From positions 224,001 to 288,000 of the forward strand of contig JANRKS010000031.1 of NCBI GenBank assembly GCA_033763315.1: a DNA stretch of 64,000 bases, in the 5' to 3' direction. The DNA is from Deltaproteobacteria bacterium (GTDB lineage: Bacteria > Myxococcota_A > Polyangia > Fen-1088). Made by a program: the position numbers and the translations under genes. Under the pieces are notes generated by a model that was not told the origin of the DNA, ran no database searches, and worked only from the letters and a program-made list of their open reading frames with translations. Shown here in pieces: positions 57,330 to 64,000 of the stretch (its first letter is position 1; each line of letters begins with the position of its first letter).

Positions 57330-58286
57330 TCAGGCGAGCAGCGATCCCACGAGATACGCACGGCTTACGAGCCCACTCGCGCCGGTATCTACAAACTGCA
57401 GCACCCGGTCACGGATGGGGCCGGCCAATCGTTTGCTAACATCGATTGATAGAAGCCTCGCTCGTGCGGCCTGGGCACGGCAGCCCCCTCGACGAAGCGC
57501 GAATCCAACGCGTTCAGCGTCCTGGATATTTAAAGAAAAAATGCTCTGAAGAATTGCCCAAAGCTGTTCATGGTAGAGCATCCTGCCCTGTGTTGACGAC
57601 AAAAATGGTTCCAGACATGCGGGACAATGCGGTTCCACCGATTCTTCCCGCTGGCCCGCGTTTTTGATCGACAGCGCTCTTGTTGAACCATCTTCATCGC
57701 GCGGTGAAACCTTAGAGGCACCCGGAATCGGGTCTATGAATGCCTTTGAAGGAAGGAGCAGAATGTTCGGGACCCTAAATCGCCGAGCAATGCCTTTTAT
57801 TGAGAGATGTTCGCCGCAATCCAAGGGAAATGCCCCCCACGCTCTTGCGCCAGGCTCGTCAAGTTCAACGAAGATACCAAGGTCAAAGCGTGCGAGAACT
57901 TCGGCGGCCACATTCATGCCGTGGGGTGCGAGCGATAAAGCAACGGATGGAGCAGTAATGGCGCCGCATAGGAATGGTTCGAAATAGAGACTCTCCTCGA
58001 CTGGGTCAATGCGCGAGAGACCAAGCGCGAACATCACGAGCGATCCGTTGATTTTGCCCGGAAGAACCGAGTAAGCGAATTTCTTCCGTTGCGATATATC
58101 GAGCACTCGCTTGGCAGCAAGAACGAACGGTGCAAGACCGCTCGCCTCGACTACACACAGCTCCGCTTCAGCTCGGTCAAAATATGGTGCTCGTGAGGGC
58201 CGAAGTTGCCGGGTGCCGACGTAGGAGTTCAACGCTCGGAAAACCCTGGCCCGAAGCGTTTGGTTGTAGTCTTGGGGCATCGCCAT
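57330..58286 (-). CDS. Diverged, catalytically inactive DnaE (Pol III alpha) palm/fingers-like protein
   Basis: YFDRAEAEL, GSLVMFALGLSRIDP..LYFEPFL, LEPFLSSTQGRMLYHEQ; PDID replaced by PSVA. Confidence 0.65.
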   Translation of the reverse strand: MAMPQDYNQTLRARVFRALNSYVGTRQLRPSRAPYFDRAEAELCVVEASGLAPFVLAAKRVLDISQRKKFAYSVLPGKINGSLVMFALGLSRIDPVEESLYFEPFLCGAITAPSVALSLAPHGMNVAAEVLARFDLGIFVELDEPGARAWGAFPLDCGEHLSIKGIARRFRVPNILLLPSKAFIDPIPGASKVSPRDEDGSTRALSIKNAGQREESVEPHCPACLEPFLSSTQGRMLYHEQLWAILQSIFSLNIQDAERVGFALRRGGCRAQAARARLLSIDVSKRLAGPIRDRVLQFVDTGASGLVSRAYLVGSLLA

Positions 58287-59210
58287 TTATTTGCCGCGAT
58301 TGAGCGTTGATTGTCCGGCCCTTGGCACTTCTGCGAGGATGAGGTTGCCCTTGTCGTTGAACGTGTAAAGCAGAACAGAAAGAGACAGATCGAACCCACC
58401 AATCTTGGCGGTGCCCATCTGCGAAAGCACGGACTGGCACGCTTCCGAACTGCAGGTGCCGTTCTTTTCGACGACGGCGGTTGCTTCCAAAGAAGAGGGC
58501 GGGGTGCCTTTTGCGTAGCCGTAGAGCTTCCAAAGCGCTTCGCTACGTGCTTCGACGATGCCTACGCAGTACGCGATCGCTTGTTCAAGTGTCTTGCGGA
58601 CATCCACCCTACCAGGCTTCTTCAGTTCAAGAACGCGAAGCACCGAACCACGTCCCGTGCCACGGCGAGCAAGAATATCGACATGTCCGGTATTGTTACC
58701 ACCACGAGGTGATGCTGGATTAGGAAATTGAATGCGAAGGCCTGCATGGGGATACTTCACTGCCGCATGTCTTCTGAGCGGATGCCCGGGAGCCCGATCT
58801 TCTTCGAGCATCGTAAGCAAGGCCGCCTCAACATTCTTCTCGGCCAAAGGGATTTTTCTATCCGAGTGCGACCGGATGAGTGCCAGTACGGCGTTGCTAT
58901 TCCAATTTTCATCTTTTAGTTCGCCACCTGTGAACTTCGGAACGCCGCTCTTGAACGTCACGGTGCCAACCACGGCCCCTTTTACCCGCACGCTGATCTT
59001 GTTCGTGGCACTTATGCTGACGTAGAAGCTCGCATGAAACTGATTCCTTGAACGCATGCTTTTCTTAAGCAGCATGATGGTGTCGGTCTCGCCGCTAACC
59101 AGCGCCTCGGCTCTTTGCCGCTCCCTCTCAACAGTGACGGAGTTAAGCAGTTTCGCTTGAACATCACGAACACATTCGTTGGCAGTCATTGTGAAGATTC
59201 CTTTGTGCAT
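58287..59210 (-). CDS. Putative PD-(D/E)XK nuclease-like protein
   Basis: E..VE..L, GHVDILA...VLELKK, QAIAY. Confidence 0.55.
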   Translation of the reverse strand: MHKGIFTMTANECVRDVQAKLLNSVTVERERQRAEALVSGETDTIMLLKKSMRSRNQFHASFYVSISATNKISVRVKGAVVGTVTFKSGVPKFTGGELKDENWNSNAVLALIRSHSDRKIPLAEKNVEAALLTMLEEDRAPGHPLRRHAAVKYPHAGLRIQFPNPASPRGGNNTGHVDILARRGTGRGSVLRVLELKKPGRVDVRKTLEQAIAYCVGIVEARSEALWKLYGYAKGTPPSSLEATAVVEKNGTCSSEACQSVLSQMGTAKIGGFDLSLSVLLYTFNDKGNLILAEVPRAGQSTLNRGK

Positions 59211-59284
59211 TCGGAGGAAGCGGCCTGACCAATGTATCACCTCCTGAAAGTTGGATGAGCTGGTTCCGCCGGTTGACTGGGCTT

Positions 59285-60070
59285 TTACGCCGCCACCAAA
59301 AATTGGGGACGAACGGACCGAATCAAAGGCACCATGGTAGCGGCACCGGCGGATATCTCGGTGCCCCATGCTTTCTCCGGTACCACTTTTGCGGTATGCG
59401 CGGACATTGCTACCTCCCATTCGCCATGGGTTGAAAAGGACTCGCGTGTTCCGTTCTTCATTTCATCGGCGCCGACAACGCCCAGAAAGACGAGCACGAC
59501 GGGAACGCCAAGACTTGCAAGCTTCCAGGCCAAGGCAAACCGGTTGGCGACTTGATAGTGGTGGTCGCGGTCAAGGTTCCATCCAGGCAGACGGTCGTTG
59601 AGATCCGCGTTTGCCTTGCGAATGGCTTCGCCAATGGATTCGTGGTTGCCTGAATGGCTGTTGGAGTCGAATCTCTTTCCACCCGAATCTAGTTCTTGTG
59701 TATGGGCTTTGGCTTCGACGAGAAGCAATCCTGCTTTGCCTCCTATTTGACATGAGGACGCTATGTCCCAGGTTGGCAGACGCGCGGTCGGTGCGGGCCT
59801 CGCTAACCATGACTCGGTCAGTCGCTCTGCTACTACCTCACTAACGAAGCCAGGGCTGCGGCCGATCTGTGCTTCTCCAGTATGCAAAAATCCCCGCGGC
59901 ATGATCAAGGCGTCACTTGGCACACGTGCGAGGCCACCGACCAAGGAGTCGAGGCGAGACGCAACCTGCTCAGCGGAGCCATTGGTGAAAGATAGGCAGA
60001 AAAGTCTGCTTCCCTTAAGATCACGTGGTTCTAGGTTGAGCGACGAACTCGGCGAGCGGTCAGGGATCAT
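59285..60070 (-). CDS. Putative PD-(D/E)XK nuclease-like protein
   Basis: PTWDI...LLVEAKAH..E, HYQVANRFA. Confidence 0.6.
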   Translation of the reverse strand: MIPDRSPSSSLNLEPRDLKGSRLFCLSFTNGSAEQVASRLDSLVGGLARVPSDALIMPRGFLHTGEAQIGRSPGFVSEVVAERLTESWLARPAPTARLPTWDIASSCQIGGKAGLLLVEAKAHTQELDSGGKRFDSNSHSGNHESIGEAIRKANADLNDRLPGWNLDRDHHYQVANRFALAWKLASLGVPVVLVFLGVVGADEMKNGTRESFSTHGEWEVAMSAHTAKVVPEKAWGTEISAGAATMVPLIRSVRPQFLVAA

Positions 60071-60330
60071 CGGTGTGCCCACTTTCCGCAGTTGGAGCAC
60101 TTGGCTTCGGTTTCGCCTTTGGGAACCAAAATACCCTGTCCGCACCCAGGGCAAGGAACCTGGGTAGGAGTTTCTGTTCCGGGTTTGACTTGGTGTACTT
60201 GGCTGCGATGATTTGTCATGGCTCTTGAATACAAGGGCAACTCCGTAGACTTTGAAACCTTCTGTATGTCCATGAAATCATGTGTATATTTCAAGGCCTC
60301 TTGAGTCACTTGAAAAATAGGCGGCCGTAG

Positions 60331-60780
60331 ATGATCTTGTCCAGCCGCAAAGGTTCGGTGACCTTTTCGGCAGCCGACGAGGCACGCCTTCGGGCATGGC
60401 GTGGGAAGTCAGACCGGTCGATACCGTCGCCCCTAATGAACGACTTGGCCAACCGGGCTCGCGCAGTTCTGTTGCTTGCTGGCGCACATTCCGATCGCCG
60501 TTTGAGCGCCGTAGCCGCAAAGGTGCAGCTAAGTGCCGCGACCGTTATGCGCTTGCGGGATCGCGTGATTGCTCGAGGGGTTGAAGCGCTGGCAGAGGGC
60601 TTGTCTCACGCCCGCCGCATCGACCGGCGGGTAAGGGCCAACCTCAAGATTGAGCGTGCAGAGGCTATCGCTCGAGGGCGACGAGATGGTTCAACCACGC
60701 GTGAATTGGCGGCGAAGTTCCATGTTAGCCAAGCGACCGCCGGACGCTGGATTCGCGAAGGCGCCCATCCCAAGCGGTGA
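60331..60780 (+). CDS. HTH protein resembling an IS630 transposase N-terminus (no DDE domain)
   Basis: RARAVLLLA..VA....S..TV.R.R.R....GVEAL; second HTH at the C-terminus. Confidence 0.5.
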   Translation: MILSSRKGSVTFSAADEARLRAWRGKSDRSIPSPLMNDLANRARAVLLLAGAHSDRRLSAVAAKVQLSAATVMRLRDRVIARGVEALAEGLSHARRIDRRVRANLKIERAEAIARGRRDGSTTRELAAKFHVSQATAGRWIREGAHPKR

Positions 60781-60907
60781 TTGGCAGGGGGGGGCCGCTG
60801 TCATTGGCGCATGCCCTTTAGGGGCGCACTACGGGGCTCGGTCTACCTTTCGTCAAGACCATTTCTGCTTGTCGTGAATGTCATAGGCCTGCGACAATGC
60901 AGGCGTC

Positions 60908-63900
60908 ATGGCCACCAGCCTCCTTCGCTTCACGCCCACAGCCCTCAGTGGCTTCTTCGAGTGCCACCGTAAAACGTGGCTCGATATGTCCGTTGCCCGC
61001 GGTGAACGTGACATGCCCGGGCAAAGTGAGATTGAACGACGGCTTTTGGAGATTCGTGGCGCTGCGCACGAAGCTTTCGTGCTTGAGCAATTCAAGACAC
61101 GGAAGTTAAACGTTATCGAAATTGGGCGTGCAGCACCGACGACCGAAGGTCGCAAGCAGCAAGCATTAGAAACCCTTGCTGCGATGTCATCTGGCGCCGA
61201 TGTCATTTACCAAGGCCTGATCGAGGTCGACAATTGGGTTGGTTACCCTGATTTTCTGCTCAAGACTCAAGGCCATAGCCACTTTGGAAATTACTCCTAC
61301 GAGGTGTTGGACGCCAAGTTGGCGAAGGCCACGAAGGCCCAAGCAATCATCCAGCTCTGCGTCTACACCGAGCACCTTGGCAACGTGCAGGGCGCCCTGC
61401 CCGAATATTTCTGGATCGCTCCGGGCGGTCTTGAGCCAAGTCCCGTGCGCTATCGCTTCGCTGACTACGCCGCCTACTACCGTAGGGCGCGTGCTGCGTT
61501 TGAAGCGTTCGTCCAGCGTGACGATCAAGACGAGCCCTATCCCGAGCCAGTCGAACATTGTGACGTATGTAAATGGTGGTCCTCGTGCGAGAAGCGAAGG
61601 CGAGACGACGACCACCTTTCGCTGGTCGCAAACATCACGCGGCGGCAGCGTGAGCGGTTCATAGACCACGGGGTGACGAAGTTGGCGACGTTGGGTGCGC
61701 TCGACGCCACAGTAAAGGTGCGCGGCATAGAGCCTGCGCCTTTGGCGCGAGCAAGGGAGCAGGCCCGAATACAGGCGCAAGGGAGGCAGGAGGGCGGGGT
61801 CATATACGAGCTTTTGACCAATGCAGATCCGGGCAGCGGGCTTGAGCGGCTACCCAAGCCAACGCCCGGAGACGTCTTCTTGGATTTGGAAGGCGACGCC
61901 TTCGCCTTTGGCCACGGACTCAACTACCTGTTTGGCATCGTGCAACTTGGTGACCCTCCCACGGACTTCGTTGAGCGTACGCATGCACACCCCCCGCGTT
62001 ATGTGAAGTATTGGGCCACGAATCCGCAAGAGGAGAAGGCTGCCTTCGAAGCCGTGATCAAACGCATCAAGCAATGGCGTGATGATTTTCCAGACATGCA
62101 TGTTTTTCACTTTGGCCACCGCGAGGCGGATGCGCTGAAAACCCTGGCATGTCGCTATGCCACGTGTGAGAAGCAGGTTGACGAACTTCTTCGTGACCAG
62201 GTTCTGGTTGATCTGCACGCCGTGACCAAGAAGGCCATTCGCGCTTCGGTCGAGGGTTACACGCTAAAGCAGCTGGAAGTTCTGTTCGGATTCGAGCGCA
62301 AGACGCCCAAGCGTTTGGCTGCAGAAGCCATGCAGCTGTTCGGCTGGTGGCTTGAGGTGAGGGCAGAAGAGCCGAAGCTTGACGAGTTCCGCGCGACGAT
62401 TGAGCGGTACAACGAAGACGACTGCATGGCGACGTGGCATCTGCGCAACTGGCTTGAGGCTCGTCGCCCTGAACTATCAGCTTTACTCAACAGGGATCTT
62501 GCACGGCCTTCGTTCGAGAAAAGGCCTGCTACGGAAGCGGCGAAAGAGAGACAGGCGGCAGTTGCCCACCTTGAACAGTCTCTTCGTGCAGGCGTGTCCA
62601 CTGATGCGCCCCTTGGCAGTGCCAGATCCGCCAAGCGCCTGTTGGCGGATCTGCTTTCATGGCATTGGCGCGAACAAAAATCGGCACATTGGGAACACTA
62701 CTCTGCGAAGGATGTTCAGCCCAGCGATCGAGCCGAAAACCGCTTAGTTCTCTCAGGCTTGTCATACGAAGGCGTTGTGGGTGAGATTAAGCAGTCGTTG
62801 ATTCACCGATACAGGTTTCCGTCGGACCAGGATCACGTCATTCGCCGGTACCCCGGCGCTATCGATCCGGACACTAATAAATCTGCCAACGTGGTTGCGA
62901 TCGGACCGGATTTCGTCGACATCAGCAGATGGAAGAAATTGATCGAGCCACACCCAACGGCTCTGATACCTGGGAAGCCGAAATACAACGAGGATCGGGA
63001 AGGACGTCTACGTTCGTTGGCTGATTCGATCATTCGCTTCGGGCTCGACGAAGCTAAACCCTTCCCAGCCAGCCGAGCCTTACTTTTGGGGTTGCCCCCG
63101 GACGTTGGGCAGGAGCCGGGCGCTCCGTTGCTCCCAGAAGACGCCGACACGGTTGACGGTATTACCGATTTGATGCTGCGTCTCAAGCAGGGCGTACTGG
63201 CAGTTCAAGGTCCCCCTGGTTCTGGCAAAACGTACCGGGCCGCGCGCGCTATCAAGGCGTTGCTTACGGGAAGAAAAGTGGGCGTCACTGCTAACAGCCA
63301 CTCAGTGGTCAAGAAGCTGCTGCAGGAAGTGGTTGTGGAATGTCGTAAAGATGGTGTCCAGGTAGGTGCTCATCATTTGGAAAAAGACGAGAAGGGTGAA
63401 AGCGAAGATTTTTTCGTCATCGCCAAGGACTACCCCGGGGTGGAGAAAGGTCTGGCCGGCGGGACGATAAATCTGGTTGGCGGAACATCGTTCGCATGGT
63501 CTCGGCCCTCGTTCGAGAACATCGTTGATGTGCTGGTGGTCGACGAGGCGGGGCAGATGTCATTGGCAAATGCGTTGGCGGTTGCTGCTGCGGCGCCCGC
63601 GTTGCTGCTCGTAGGAGACCCTGCTCAGCTTGATCAGCCTCAAAAGGGTGTCCATCCGAACGGTGCGGACGTATCAGCGCTTGAGCACTGGTTGGGAGAC
63701 GCTGCCACCATGCCCGCCGACCGCGGTGTCCTCCTGCGTGAAACGCGGAGGCTTCACCCCGAGATCACGCGGTTTACGTCCGAGGTTTTCTACGAAGGCA
63801 AGCTTACGTCGATGCCGGCTTTGCTTCAGCGACGAATTGATGGTGCCGGAATGTTCCAAGGTGCTGGCCTACGCGTGGCGTTGGTTGAGCATCGAGGAAA

Positions 63901-64000
63901 CACGAGCCGTGCCGACGAAGAGGTCGCTGCGATCAAGGTGATGATCGAAGGGCTCCTTGCCAGCGGCGCCACCCAAGTGGATGACATGGGCGTTCAAGGC
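60908..64000 (+). CDS. TM0106-family RecB-like nuclease fused to DNA2/NAM7-like SF1 helicase (3' partial; absent from the ORF track)
   Basis: MATSLLRFTPTALSGFFEC; GYPDFL..VLDAK; CDVCKW..C; FLDLEGD and YNEDDC; QGPPGSGKT, VDEAGQ, VGDPAQLDQP. Confidence 0.92.
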   Translation, partial: MATSLLRFTPTALSGFFECHRKTWLDMSVARGERDMPGQSEIERRLLEIRGAAHEAFVLEQFKTRKLNVIEIGRAAPTTEGRKQQALETLAAMSSGADVIYQGLIEVDNWVGYPDFLLKTQGHSHFGNYSYEVLDAKLAKATKAQAIIQLCVYTEHLGNVQGALPEYFWIAPGGLEPSPVRYRFADYAAYYRRARAAFEAFVQRDDQDEPYPEPVEHCDVCKWWSSCEKRRRDDDHLSLVANITRRQRERFIDHGVTKLATLGALDATVKVRGIEPAPLARAREQARIQAQGRQEGGVIYELLTNADPGSGLERLPKPTPGDVFLDLEGDAFAFGHGLNYLFGIVQLGDPPTDFVERTHAHPPRYVKYWATNPQEEKAAFEAVIKRIKQWRDDFPDMHVFHFGHREADALKTLACRYATCEKQVDELLRDQVLVDLHAVTKKAIRASVEGYTLKQLEVLFGFERKTPKRLAAEAMQLFGWWLEVRAEEPKLDEFRATIERYNEDDCMATWHLRNWLEARRPELSALLNRDLARPSFEKRPATEAAKERQAAVAHLEQSLRAGVSTDAPLGSARSAKRLLADLLSWHWREQKSAHWEHYSAKDVQPSDRAENRLVLSGLSYEGVVGEIKQSLIHRYRFPSDQDHVIRRYPGAIDPDTNKSANVVAIGPDFVDISRWKKLIEPHPTALIPGKPKYNEDREGRLRSLADSIIRFGLDEAKPFPASRALLLGLPPDVGQEPGAPLLPEDADTVDGITDLMLRLKQGVLAVQGPPGSGKTYRAARAIKALLTGRKVGVTANSHSVVKKLLQEVVVECRKDGVQVGAHHLEKDEKGESEDFFVIAKDYPGVEKGLAGGTINLVGGTSFAWSRPSFENIVDVLVVDEAGQMSLANALAVAAAAPALLLVGDPAQLDQPQKGVHPNGADVSALEHWLGDAATMPADRGVLLRETRRLHPEITRFTSEVFYEGKLTSMPALLQRRIDGAGMFQGAGLRVALVEHRGNTSRADEEVAAIKVMIEGLLASGATQVDDMGVQG

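Noticed and set aside
60331-60780. Intact IS630 element
   Set aside because: No DDE domain or terminal inverted repeats seen.
60781-63941. Many short ORFs listed on both strands
   Set aside because: Shadows of one long plus-strand ORF from 60908 that has no stop within the window.

Overview
GC-rich bacterial DNA with Myxococcota/Polyangia-like gene families; the taxon is an inference. The window is almost entirely accessory. (1) 0.6 kb: a decayed tRNA 3' half, possibly an att scar. (2) 1.7-7.9 kb: a translationally coupled minus-strand operon (TPR/PEGA, lipoprotein, collagen-like protein, metallophosphoesterase lipoprotein, GT-C glycosyltransferase). (3) 8-23.5 kb: an orphan T6SS spike/effector island with VgrG, a thiolase-like/TIGR02270 fusion, DUF6484, DUF4150 (PAAR-like), DUF2169, two effectors and Imm71/72 immunity. 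(4) 23.5-28.3 kb: FHA-GGDEF (degenerate), HDOD and two XRE regulators. (5) About 28.8-57 kb, the main finding: an integrated, serine-recombinase-mobilised virus-like element. It has no recognisable HK97 capsid, terminase, portal, tail or FtsK/A32 packaging ATPase. It encodes a candidate single jelly-roll capsid protein with an acidic Gly-repeat propeptide, a Cys-His-Asp transglutaminase-fold protease, membrane-anchored lytic transglycosylases, modular spikes, an amidase, holins, an MTase, an excisionase and a DUF927-like helicase. (6) 57.3-64 kb: a possible defence cluster with a catalytically dead mini-DnaE, two PD-(D/E)XK-like proteins and a TM0106 nuclease/SF1 helicase running off the end. 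All family calls are by-eye motif recognition; no searches were run.
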